From a virus (Duplodnaviria; Caudoviricetes): a stretch of DNA of 64,000 nucleotides. Where the stretch lies: positions 1 to 64,000 of the IMG/VR virus record IMGVR_UViG_3300043086_000064; one strand, written 5' to 3'. Positions 18,747 to 28,312 of the stretch are shown in pieces; the stretch's first letter is position 1, and every line of letters starts with the position of its first letter. The notes below the pieces were generated by a model. The model did no database searches, was not told the DNA's origin, and saw nothing but the letters and a program-made list of their open reading frames with translations. The translations under genes and the position numbers were made by a program.

Positions 18747-19040
18747 TCAAGCATCAACCTTATGCTGATTTAAGAATTGTCTAAATGGCTGCTTTCTTAA
18801 TCCTTCTTCTGAAAAGTTTCCTCCTTCAAACTCAACTCTAAAATCTTCATAATTATAGTTAGACCAGTCGTTAACCTCAACAGAATTAACTTCTCTTTTG
18901 CAGTGAATACAATAAAGTTTCTTTAAGTGGCCTGTTTCTCTTTTTTTATTTGATTTTCTGAAGATAGGGAGAGTTTCATTCCCGCAGCAAGTACAATAGA
19001 ATTTAGATTGTTCAACAGTTTTTTTATGAGCCATAACCAA
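18747..19040 (-). CDS. Ribosomal protein bL33-like zinc-ribbon protein with C-terminal extension
   Basis: CTCCG...RK...RETGHLKKLYCIHC...E matches the CxxC...LKKxCxxC layout of Zn-binding bL33. Confidence 0.55.
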   Translation of the reverse strand: MVMAHKKTVEQSKFYCTCCGNETLPIFRKSNKKRETGHLKKLYCIHCKREVNSVEVNDWSNYNYEDFRVEFEGGNFSEEGLRKQPFRQFLNQHKVDA

Positions 19041-19442
19041 TTACCCCTTTCTGTTATTTTTCTCACTCACAATATTTGAAATAGTTCTCTTTAATTTGTA
19101 ATCAGAATCAAACATATACTTTTTTAATACTCCGTCAATAAGTGCTTTATCAACAGCACTAAGATTAGGCATGTTATAATAAGGCGCAGCCGGAATGTTG
19201 CCGCTTCCATAAGGAATAAATCTGTTCCAGACGCTTGGAATCATTGGGCCATAATCTTTTAGCACAAAAGCGTCCTTAAAGCATGATTGATTTAACACAT
19301 TTCCAAACTCGCTCTTGATTAACCACAAAAGTCGCTGTAACTTTAAAGCACTAATATGACAATGATTTTTGTTACAATAGTCAATTACATATTGAGAAAT
19401 TTCAAATACATCATATACTTGTCCTTGATAAACAGTAATCAT
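19041..19442 (-). CDS. Panacea (DUF4065/SocA/GepA-like) antitoxin-domain protein
   Basis: ISQYVIDY...ISALKLQRLLW...F...YGP-x-x-P-x-V pattern. Confidence 0.75.
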   Translation of the reverse strand: MITVYQGQVYDVFEISQYVIDYCNKNHCHISALKLQRLLWLIKSEFGNVLNQSCFKDAFVLKDYGPMIPSVWNRFIPYGSGNIPAAPYYNMPNLSAVDKALIDGVLKKYMFDSDYKLKRTISNIVSEKNNRKG

Positions 19443-19512
19443 TTTTAATTCCTTTCCTTATTTACATATATATTATAATATAATTTTTTATTTTAGTACA
19501 TGCGGGAACCGC

Positions 19513-20238
19513 TTAGCAGCTCCTGTGCATGACCAAAGTCAGAATTAAATCTTCTGATTCACTATATAAAGATTCATCGACTGTATCATTTGGATTTTGA
19601 GATTTTCTTTCTAAGATAATTTCTCTCATTTGCTTAAAAGTTTCTTCATTCAGCTCGATACCGTGCTGTTCTGCATATTCAAGAGGACAAAAGAAATCTC
19701 TCATCTCTTTGTCTAAGCAGTCTTTCAATTCTTTATTTGCTAATCTCATTCCAACATATTGATAAGCGAATTGGGTTCTTTTAAATTTCTTATTTTTCTT
19801 TTGATTTAAACCCATTCCACAAACGCTCAAAGCATCTGCCCAAGGAGCATGTTCTGCCATTTTATATTTCAAGAGATGTCTGAATAAAGAAATTTCTTCT
19901 GAATAGCGAGCATTGAGAAAAACAGATTTTGAATAAAGAATTTCTAAAATATTAAATGTTCCTCTTAACATTCCTTCATAAACAGTCACCACGTCTTTAA
20001 CAACAGTGTGTTCACCATTTGGAAGTACATATTCTTTGCTGATACGGCCTCTACCAAACATATAATCTTTGGTATTTGGAATAACAATAGTAACAGAATC
20101 AACATCTGAATTTTCATCATCAATTCCATAGTTTTGACTACCAATTAGACAAACAGCTAAGATAGCTTTGTCTGGGTAATAATTTTTAATAAACTGATAA
20201 TGCTGATAAATGCTTTGTTTAACTTTATAATCATTCAT
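19513..20238 (-). CDS. Pol-beta superfamily nucleotidyltransferase, RlaP/PF10127-like
   Basis: GSQNYGIDDENSDVD (GS-x2-YG-x5-SDxD) and N-I-L-E-I-L-Y-S. Confidence 0.8.
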   Translation of the reverse strand: MNDYKVKQSIYQHYQFIKNYYPDKAILAVCLIGSQNYGIDDENSDVDSVTIVIPNTKDYMFGRGRISKEYVLPNGEHTVVKDVVTVYEGMLRGTFNILEILYSKSVFLNARYSEEISLFRHLLKYKMAEHAPWADALSVCGMGLNQKKNKKFKRTQFAYQYVGMRLANKELKDCLDKEMRDFFCPLEYAEQHGIELNEETFKQMREIILERKSQNPNDTVDESLYSESEDLILTLVMHRSC

Positions 20239-20448
20239 ATTTTACATCTCTCTTTCTTTTTACACTCATATTATAACTTAAATTTTAAAAGTTTTCCATG
20301 CGGCGCCTCCTTAGCCTCCGATGTGTTGATATATAAAGATGCAAGGTGGTTGCCGCGGACAATACCCTTTAAATTGCAATTCTCACTTTTGTTTTAGAAA
20401 GAGAATAGGAAGAGGAATACTTTCTATTATAGAAAGGAGAAAAGACTA

Positions 20449-20736
20449 ATGGCAACAATCAACGGAAGAATTGGCCAAGTATGCGGCCCACTTCCCGCCG
20501 GAATTGACCTCTTGACAGACGAAGGCGCTATTGGCGAATTTACCCCAGAAACTTCAAAACCAATTTTGAAGAAGCTGGGTATTCAGACGACACCAATGAC
20601 CAAGGTAAAAATCAATGACGTTGAAATCACTATTGGTAAAACCGGCATGTATGAGCTTGACAATGTGGTACTTGTTAAAAGTCTGGTCTTTCCTTCTGGC
20701 GCAGACGCTTCCACACTGGTGGATTTCGTCTACTAG
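20449..20736 (+). CDS. Putative virion protein
   Basis: First gene of the plus-strand module; AAAGGAG RBS; IGKTGMYELD. Confidence 0.55.
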   Translation: MATINGRIGQVCGPLPAGIDLLTDEGAIGEFTPETSKPILKKLGIQTTPMTKVKINDVEITIGKTGMYELDNVVLVKSLVFPSGADASTLVDFVY

Positions 20737-20748
20737 GAGGTATAATAT

Positions 20749-21165
20749 ATGGCTAGCTTTTATGGAACTTTCATGGGCCTCAGTGGAAGCGGAGATGGCA
20801 CTAGCGATTACAACCAACTTCTAAATGTTCCTATCAAAAATGTAACGGGGACAGAAGATGTTCCTATTCTTTTAGCAGCGTTAGAGCCAGGCTCTTACAA
20901 TCTTAACGGCTACTTCAGATGTGGTAACAATACTGACGTCGAGGTAGCCCAAAATACTTTAGTGAAGGTTCTTATTGACTCTGAAATAAATCAGAAATTG
21001 ATTAAGTATGATTCTTTTGAATCTGATACTTATTATATCAATATTGGCGCAGTTGTCAATAATACGAACGTTTCATTAGAGAAAATTATATTTAATAGCA
21101 GTGAATCTGGAGGAGGCGGAGGCGTCTCTGACACTGCAAAAGAGGTAGAACTCTTTACGTTTTAG
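20749..21165 (+). CDS. Putative virion/fibre-associated protein
   Basis: DYNQLLNVP motif also seen in 41034; AGGAGG RBS. Confidence 0.55.
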   Translation: MASFYGTFMGLSGSGDGTSDYNQLLNVPIKNVTGTEDVPILLAALEPGSYNLNGYFRCGNNTDVEVAQNTLVKVLIDSEINQKLIKYDSFESDTYYINIGAVVNNTNVSLEKIIFNSSESGGGGGVSDTAKEVELFTF

Positions 21166-21185
21166 CTTGAAAGGAGAAAAATCTA

Positions 21186-22157
21186 ATGGCGAATGTAAAA
21201 TTCTATTCTGGAGAGAAAGACAAAATTTCTTCCGCTATTGAGAGTAACAAAATCCAGGCGGGTGGCGTTATCTTCACTAGCGATACAGATGAACTTATTA
21301 TCGTTAATGATAATAATGAAGAACGCATTATCAAGTCTAAATCTCAAAAGCCTTACACTCTGTTGGGAACAAGCGTTGGTGCTTTAAATGCAGGTGACAC
21401 TATCCCAGCTGGTATTAGCATTGATGAATTATTGACAATGCTGACTCAAAAACGAATTGCCGCAACTTACAAAGCTCCTACTGTTACAATCGCTACGGTA
21501 GCTGGCGGAAACACTTCCGGCAATTATGAAGTTGGTACGCAGATTACTTACAAGAAACAGGCAAACTTCACACAGAATGATGGTGGTGCTGCTACAACTT
21601 ACACTTTTAACTATAATGGTACACCTATTGATAGCACATACGTAACAGGAAATCAGGTGGAATACACTAAAGTTCTTGAAACCAATAGTCGTATTGGTGT
21701 TTCTGTTGCTTATGGTGACGGCCCAGTTAAAAAAGACAACTTCGGAGATGACTCCCCTGAAGGTCAGATTAAAGCTGGTACAGTAACAGCCTATGACGCT
21801 TATTATAACGCATACCGTAAAGGTTTCTATAATACAGGTCTTGGTGATTTGCCAGAATTTACTTCTGCATCCATCAGAGCTTCCCAGTCTTGGGCATTAG
21901 GTACAATTAAAGGAACAACAAAAACTATCACTTTGAACGAAGGACAGCAGTATGTGTACTTCGCAGTTCCTACAAGCTCTCCGGCTACAAAAGTTATGTA
22001 TGTTGAAACAAACGACACTGGTTTGTTAGGAAACTTCGACCAGACAACAGTAAATGTTGAAGGCGCTAATAACTACACAGCTGCTGAATACATCGTTTAC
22101 TCTTACCGCCTGGCAGTTCCCGCAGCTGCTACAATGACTTTCCAAGTCACATTTTAA
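21186..22157 (+). CDS. Putative virion appendage protein with Ig-like beta domains
   Basis: T/G/Y-rich beta-strand sequence; C-terminal YVYFAVP...YIVY resembles the 41034 C-terminus. Confidence 0.55.
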   Translation: MANVKFYSGEKDKISSAIESNKIQAGGVIFTSDTDELIIVNDNNEERIIKSKSQKPYTLLGTSVGALNAGDTIPAGISIDELLTMLTQKRIAATYKAPTVTIATVAGGNTSGNYEVGTQITYKKQANFTQNDGGAATTYTFNYNGTPIDSTYVTGNQVEYTKVLETNSRIGVSVAYGDGPVKKDNFGDDSPEGQIKAGTVTAYDAYYNAYRKGFYNTGLGDLPEFTSASIRASQSWALGTIKGTTKTITLNEGQQYVYFAVPTSSPATKVMYVETNDTGLLGNFDQTTVNVEGANNYTAAEYIVYSYRLAVPAAATMTFQVTF

Positions 22158-22176
22158 TTAAGGGAGGAAATAAGAA

Positions 22177-23535
22177 ATGGCATACGAATCTAAAAATTTA
22201 CTCGTTGCAGTAAAAGCGTTCGCGCGTGGACAGGCTCTTCCTCTTGATAAAGATGAAGTTTGGGGTAGCCTAGACGAAGCGAAAGTATATGCGGCATCTC
22301 CTACCGCTTATGCTGGTCAAACAATTAAAGTATTAGAAGATGGAGAATATAAATCTTACGTATTGAATGGTGAAGCTGGTGCTTATGAACTTAAACCAGT
22401 TGGAAGCGTTCAACAGGAAGATTTGAAAGAATATGTTCAGTATGTAGATGTACTTCCAGTTGCTAACCCTGTTGAGGGTGTAGTTTACTTCAGAAATAGT
22501 GATGAAGCAGCTTACCTGTATCACAATGGGGAGTATGTTGAAGTATTCTCTAAAGATACTGTTGAAACAGTAAAAACATTAAAAACAACAGCAATCACAA
22601 CTGACGGTGGAACAATTACAGGCTCTTTAATTTTATCGAAGGTTCCTGTTGCAGATGGTGAGGCTGTTAATAAAGGTTATGTTGATGGACTGATTGGTAA
22701 TCTTACTTCCTCAGCTCCAGGACTTGTTGGCGGCGACGACCATCCGATGCCTACTTCTGGCTACAAAGCTGGTCAGACTTGGAGAGTTGTTGAAGCCGGA
22801 ACTTATGCTGGTGAAGTTTGCGAAGTTGGCGACCTGATTATCTGTACTAAAGATTATGTTGCTGGCGAAGATGCTTCCGGTCACTTCATGGTTGTTCAGG
22901 CCAACATTGATGGCGCTGTAACTGGTCCAGATACTGCTACAAACCTTTCTATTGCTGTATTTGATGGTACAACAGGAAATAAAATTAAAGATGGCGGCAT
23001 CTCGGTTAGCTCCCTGAATGATGCTATCGCTAAGGCGCACACTCACGAGAATAAAGATATTCTTGACAGCTTTAAAAATACGCAGACAGAAATCTTGACT
23101 GCTGCTGCAAACACTGCCCAGGAAAAAGCCGAAGCAGCTGCCGCAGGTAAAGCTGACGCTGATAGTGTTTATACTAAAGCTGAGATTGATGGTAAAGTAA
23201 CTACTATTACAAATAATCTGGATACTAAAGCAAGCACAGAAACTGTAAATCAGATTAAAACAGATTTAGAAACAGCTTTAAGTACTAAAGTTACTGTTGG
23301 TGATGTTTACACTAAAGATGAAGTTAATACAAATATTTCTACGGCTAAGACTGAAGCTATTACTGAATCAAAGGAGTACGCAGACACTCAGACTGCCGCA
23401 TTAAAGAAGACCTTAACAGACTATGTTGACACTAGCGTTGGTAGCGGCGGAACAGATGCCGCCAAAGCTATTGAAGAAGCTAAGGCTGAGATGCAAGCAT
23501 ACACAGATGATGCCCTTAAATTAAACACGTTCTAA
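22177..23535 (+). CDS. Putative fibre protein
   Basis: RGQALPLD...YAGQTI N-terminus, AVNKGYVD fibre motif, YTKxE repeats. Confidence 0.6.
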   Translation: MAYESKNLLVAVKAFARGQALPLDKDEVWGSLDEAKVYAASPTAYAGQTIKVLEDGEYKSYVLNGEAGAYELKPVGSVQQEDLKEYVQYVDVLPVANPVEGVVYFRNSDEAAYLYHNGEYVEVFSKDTVETVKTLKTTAITTDGGTITGSLILSKVPVADGEAVNKGYVDGLIGNLTSSAPGLVGGDDHPMPTSGYKAGQTWRVVEAGTYAGEVCEVGDLIICTKDYVAGEDASGHFMVVQANIDGAVTGPDTATNLSIAVFDGTTGNKIKDGGISVSSLNDAIAKAHTHENKDILDSFKNTQTEILTAAANTAQEKAEAAAAGKADADSVYTKAEIDGKVTTITNNLDTKASTETVNQIKTDLETALSTKVTVGDVYTKDEVNTNISTAKTEAITESKEYADTQTAALKKTLTDYVDTSVGSGGTDAAKAIEEAKAEMQAYTDDALKLNTF

Positions 23536-23550
23536 TGAGGAGGAAGAGTA

Positions 23551-23964
23551 ATGGCCACACCAATACTTAAATTTTATCAAACAACCGAAGAAAGACTTGA
23601 CCTTCTGCCGGTTAGTGATGGTCAGTTAATCTTCGTGACGGACGGTCGGTTCATTGCTCTTGATACAGGTGGTTCCCGCACCACCTTTAAACAGATTATT
23701 TGTCTTTCTACTGAGGAGCAGCGAACTGGTTTAACAACCCCATTAACAGGGTTTTATTTTATTCAAGAAACCAATACTCTATGGCGTTATGAGGAACGTT
23801 GGTATAGATTGACTTACCCACCAAAAGAAGAAGTTTCATTCTCTGATGAATTGCCAGACGTTGGAGAAACAAACAAGCTATATGTGTGGGACGGCCAGTT
23901 GTATCAATGGCTTGGAAACGCATACGTCCCGCTTTGTGCTACGATGTGGGAAACTTTTAAATAA
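23551..23964 (+). CDS. Fibre-associated small protein
   Basis: LPVSDGQLIFVTD anchor motif shared with 25557, 35901 and 37248; LPDVGETNKLY. Confidence 0.55.
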   Translation: MATPILKFYQTTEERLDLLPVSDGQLIFVTDGRFIALDTGGSRTTFKQIICLSTEEQRTGLTTPLTGFYFIQETNTLWRYEERWYRLTYPPKEEVSFSDELPDVGETNKLYVWDGQLYQWLGNAYVPLCATMWETFK

Positions 23965-23983
23965 TGTAAAGGAGACATGAAAA

Positions 23984-25432
23984 ATGGCTGAAATTACAAG
24001 ACTTAAATCGGCAGTTAACTTTTTAAAGGGGACTAAAGCTCAATATAATGCTTTAACTTCTGCTCAGAAAAATGAAAATACTTTTTATTACCTGTCCGAT
24101 GCAAACGAATTATATTTAGGAACTATTAAACTCTCCAACCTTGACGATGCTGCAGATGCAATGGCCAAAGCTGGTGTCAACGAACAAGAAATTACAAAAA
24201 TTAAAGCAACTTTATCTACGTTAACTGGAGATGGCGCTGGTGATTCTATTCAGGGTATGATTGACACTGCTGCTTCCAATATCAATAGCAAAATTGGTGA
24301 TTTAGCAGATCTTACCACTGAGGCAAAAGGAACTTTAGTTGCAGCAATTAACGAAGTCGAAGCTGACGCTAAAAATGCTTTAGATGCAAGTATTGTTAGC
24401 GTTAGAAAAGCAAGTGCTGCTCAAGCTGGTTATTCTGCAACTTACTATGTTACACAAAATGGTGTTGATGTCGGAGCCGCCATCAATATTCCTAAAGATA
24501 TGGTAGTTAGCTCTGGTGAAGTTGTAAAGAATCCAAGTGGTCAGGCAGCTGGTACGTATATTCTTTTGACATTAGCAAATGCCACTAATGATAAATTATA
24601 TATCAATGTTGAAGATTTGGTTGATATTTACACTGGTGGAAACTCTACTTATATTACTACTAGTGTTAACAGCAACAATCAGCTTATCGCAACACTTAAA
24701 TCAAGCTCTATTGATGAAGCTGCTTTGGCAGATAGCGCCGTAACTACAAATAAAATTAAAGCGGCTAATGTTACTAAAGATAAATTAGAAACTTCTGTTC
24801 AAACTAGCTTAGGATATGCTGACGTTGCTGTTAAAAGCATCACTACTGGCACTAATACCAGTGGAGCTTCTACAATCACATATACAAATGTTAAAGGTGG
24901 CACAACAACAGTTGAACTTGCCGGCCTTGGGGATTTGGCTTATGTAAACAAACAAACTATTGATAGCCAGATTTCTAGCACTGAAACAACTTTAAAAGGT
25001 CTTATTGACGCAAATAGTAAAGATATTGAGACAAATGCTACTGATATTACAACTTTAAACAACAAAGTTGATAGTCAAAAGACTACTTTAGAAAAAGCTA
25101 TCAGTGCAGCGGAAACAAACGCAAATAGTTATACTGATACAGCAATTTCTAATGCGTCTGGAAACTATGCAACAGCAGCTCAAGGTAAAAAGGCTGATAG
25201 TGCAGTACAGCCAGAAAACATTACATCTGGCGCCACTAAAGGTACTATTAAAGTTAATTCAACAGAAGTAGCTGTAACTGGCCTTCAAGATGCAGCTTAT
25301 GTAACGGTACAATCTTTAACTAATACAGCTTCTGGCCTTGCTACGGCAGCTCAAGAAGCAGCTATCGCCTCAGCTAATCAATATACAGAAGATGCTCTCA
25401 ACACTTACCTTGTTTGGGGAAGCATCGCCTAG
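23984..25432 (+). CDS. Putative head/tail fibre protein
   Basis: GTKAQYNAL...NTFYY; IGDLADLTT...LVAAINE; INIPKDMVV; AATAAQGKKADSA. Confidence 0.6.
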   Translation: MAEITRLKSAVNFLKGTKAQYNALTSAQKNENTFYYLSDANELYLGTIKLSNLDDAADAMAKAGVNEQEITKIKATLSTLTGDGAGDSIQGMIDTAASNINSKIGDLADLTTEAKGTLVAAINEVEADAKNALDASIVSVRKASAAQAGYSATYYVTQNGVDVGAAINIPKDMVVSSGEVVKNPSGQAAGTYILLTLANATNDKLYINVEDLVDIYTGGNSTYITTSVNSNNQLIATLKSSSIDEAALADSAVTTNKIKAANVTKDKLETSVQTSLGYADVAVKSITTGTNTSGASTITYTNVKGGTTTVELAGLGDLAYVNKQTIDSQISSTETTLKGLIDANSKDIETNATDITTLNNKVDSQKTTLEKAISAAETNANSYTDTAISNASGNYATAAQGKKADSAVQPENITSGATKGTIKVNSTEVAVTGLQDAAYVTVQSLTNTASGLATAAQEAAIASANQYTEDALNTYLVWGSIA

Positions 25433-25499
25433 TATCTGTTTGGTGAATTTTACTAAATAAGCAGCTCTTATTTTTGAAATATATCGAAGAAATGAGAGT

Positions 25500-25533
25500 A
25501 AGGGAATCTCATTTGCGAGATTCCCTTTTTTCT
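25500..25533 (+). terminator. Rho-independent terminator
   Basis: AAGGGAATCTC-ATTTGC-GAGATTCCCTT followed by a T-run. Confidence 0.75.
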
Positions 25534-25556
25534 TTTATGTATAAAGGAGGAAAGAG

Positions 25557-28298
25557 ATGGCAATAGCTAATGTACCAGAAGTGCATTTTAAACCAGTTAA
25601 ATGCACTAAAGCAAAATTAAACTCTCAACCTCTTCAAGAGGGAATAGTTTACTTTTGTACTGATAGTCAAGAGTTGTATATTGACGCAACAGTCGATAGC
25701 ACTCTAAAAAGAATTTTAATTGCCAACAATTATGAATTGCCAAATGCAACCTCCACTACTCTTGGTGGAATTAAAGTTGGCGATAATATTACTTTAGAGA
25801 ATGGACAAATTTCTCTAAAAACAAAGAATGTAACTGACGCTCTTGGATATACTCCATTACAATACCAAAACCTTGCTGAGCTTTCTTCTTCAGCCACCTC
25901 TAATACTGCAACGGTGAAATTGGTAGATGGAAGTAAGACTACGAATATTAAAGTTACAGGCGGAGGCTTGATTGGTGTTGCTGAAGGAAACAGTAATGAA
26001 ATTAAGATTACAACAACAGCAACAGAAAATGAAGCTAGTACTACTACTCCATTGATGGCGGGAACCGCTTCGGTGGGAAAAGAGGCTGGTTACGCACGCG
26101 GCGACCATGTGCATCCAGCTCAGGTTAATATTACGGGGAATGCTGCGACGGCTGATTTAGCAGAACAGGCCAATAAAGTTTATATCTCTTCTGAAAGCCC
26201 TTCAACAGCCACAAAATATGACCTTTTATGGGACTCAACCGAAACGACTTCTGGAAGAAGATCTTTAAAGAAAAGTGTTAATTCAGATTGTAGAATCGAA
26301 TCCGTAACTGGAACAGCCTCATCAGAGGGGTGGACTCGAATCAATTTAGGAAACGCTCTCGCCACTGGAACAGAAAAAAACTCTACTGGAAAAATTGTTT
26401 TGTACAATGCTTCTGGACACATGGAGCAAATTCTTCCAAATGGAACTTCGGTATCAACAACAATCAATTTGCCTTCAACCTCTGGAAATTTAGTCGTAAC
26501 AAGCCAAGCAGGAGGGTCTTTGTCAGTAAAGGGGAGGACAGTAACGCTTAAGAATGTAAATGGCGCAACCCTCAACTCAATCGAAACACAAGACACAACT
26601 TACTCAACCGCAGATTCCACCAAGCTAGGCCTGGTAAAAATTGGCTACACTCAAAACGAAAAAAATTACCCAGTTCAACTTTCAGACGACAAAATGTATG
26701 TCAACATACCTTGGATTGATGCCGAAGCAACAACTTCTGCAAAAGGCTTGATGAGTTCAACAGACAAAACTAAACTGGACGGAATTGCTGAAGGAGCAAA
26801 TAAATATGTTCTTCCATCAGCAACCTCAACAGCACTAGGTGGAGTTAAGAATGGAAGTTCTGTAACAAATTCAAGTGGATATGAGCCAACACCAATCATC
26901 AATGATGTTCCATATTACAAAGTTTATACGAGCTTAAAGAATCCAACTTCTTTAACAATTCAAACAAATGGAACAACACAAGCAACGTATGATGGTTCGG
27001 CAGCAAAAAGTGTGAACATTACCTATGACAGCGTAGGAGCTGCCGCAAAAACTCATACACACAATGCGAGCGACATCAGTGTAGGAACTCTCGCTTTAGA
27101 CAGACTCCCTACAATTCCAGATTCAAAATTGGCTACTATTGATGCTTCTAAGTTGACAGGAACAATTAGCGCTGAGCTTTTACCAGGTTCTTATGACGAG
27201 GTTCAAGAATACGATACTAAAGACAGCTTCCCAAAAGAAGGCTCTTCTGCAAGCATTTATATTGACTCCAAAACCAATCTCATTTATCGTTGGACTGGAA
27301 CACAATACATTGAAATCTCTGCGAGCTTAGCTTTGGGGAATACAGAATCGACAGCGTATCGTGGCGACTTAGGAGCTGCCGCATATGAGCACGCGGTAGC
27401 CAACAAAGGAATCGCTTTAACCTCTGGTCTTTATAAAATTGAAACCAATAGTGAAGGACATGTTAAAACGGGAACTTCTGTTGTTAAAGCTGACATCACA
27501 GCTTTGGGAATCCCAGCTCAAGATACCACATATAGCATAGCTACAAGCAACTCCGGCTTAACTTTATCAGGAACAACTTTCTCTCACTCAAATATTTTGA
27601 GTGCAAAAGGAACTGCTTCTGGAACAGCAACAAGCACTCTTAAATACGGTGGAACCTTTAATATTCCTGTTGTCAATTATGACATCAATGGTCACATTAC
27701 AAGTGCGGGCACAACAACTTTAACTATGCCAAGTGAAGTTCACTATCAGGCGGTGATGAGAGCCGGAAATTCTTCTAGCACTAGTAATGATGCAACGACG
27801 AATGGTAACACATATATTAAGACTGTTGAAACTTTAGATGGGTCAGCTTTAAAAGCGTCCTCTTTAAAAGTGGTTGGTTCTGGTTTAACAACAGTTACAA
27901 GTGATTCTTCTGGAACAGTAACAATTTCTTCTGATGTTCCTGACGAATTAAAACTTTATCAGTTCCCAAAAACGTTAAAAATTAGCAGCACAACATGGAC
28001 TGATACAGGAATTGCGGGAACCTCTTTGCCGACAGGTACATACGCCATTCGTGTTAGTGGAACTATTGGTTCAACAAGTGACGAAGCCTGGTCCGGTGTA
28101 ATGAGTTGGTATTCTGGAAAATGTACTGCGAATGCGGGTGAGGAAGTTATTCTTCACAATGCTGGTTCTTCAGATAGCGAGCAAGATGTTTATATTCAAA
28201 CTACCAGAACGTCTGGAGGATATATGTCACTTCAAATTTCTGGCAACTTCTCAAAAGATAGCAACGCTATAACATTCTCATTTAGACGTCTTATTTAA
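25557..28298 (+). CDS. Tail fibre protein
   Basis: LPxAT(S/T)xxLGG(I/V)K, YARGDHVHP, GLMSSTDKTKLDGI, HTHNASDI and YRGDLG fibre motifs. Confidence 0.75.
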   Translation: MAIANVPEVHFKPVKCTKAKLNSQPLQEGIVYFCTDSQELYIDATVDSTLKRILIANNYELPNATSTTLGGIKVGDNITLENGQISLKTKNVTDALGYTPLQYQNLAELSSSATSNTATVKLVDGSKTTNIKVTGGGLIGVAEGNSNEIKITTTATENEASTTTPLMAGTASVGKEAGYARGDHVHPAQVNITGNAATADLAEQANKVYISSESPSTATKYDLLWDSTETTSGRRSLKKSVNSDCRIESVTGTASSEGWTRINLGNALATGTEKNSTGKIVLYNASGHMEQILPNGTSVSTTINLPSTSGNLVVTSQAGGSLSVKGRTVTLKNVNGATLNSIETQDTTYSTADSTKLGLVKIGYTQNEKNYPVQLSDDKMYVNIPWIDAEATTSAKGLMSSTDKTKLDGIAEGANKYVLPSATSTALGGVKNGSSVTNSSGYEPTPIINDVPYYKVYTSLKNPTSLTIQTNGTTQATYDGSAAKSVNITYDSVGAAAKTHTHNASDISVGTLALDRLPTIPDSKLATIDASKLTGTISAELLPGSYDEVQEYDTKDSFPKEGSSASIYIDSKTNLIYRWTGTQYIEISASLALGNTESTAYRGDLGAAAYEHAVANKGIALTSGLYKIETNSEGHVKTGTSVVKADITALGIPAQDTTYSIATSNSGLTLSGTTFSHSNILSAKGTASGTATSTLKYGGTFNIPVVNYDINGHITSAGTTTLTMPSEVHYQAVMRAGNSSSTSNDATTNGNTYIKTVETLDGSALKASSLKVVGSGLTTVTSDSSGTVTISSDVPDELKLYQFPKTLKISSTTWTDTGIAGTSLPTGTYAIRVSGTIGSTSDEAWSGVMSWYSGKCTANAGEEVILHNAGSSDSEQDVYIQTTRTSGGYMSLQISGNFSKDSNAITFSFRRLI

Positions 28299-28312
28299 TA
28301 AGGAGGAGCAAA

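Noticed and set aside
503-20397. Short plus-strand ORFs antisense to the minus-strand accessory genes (e.g. 503, 1810, 3361, 4257, 7992, 8689, 9230, 12116, 12601, 17845, 18509, 20200)
   Set aside because: Shadow ORFs of A-rich coding strands (F/S/L-rich) with no RBS.
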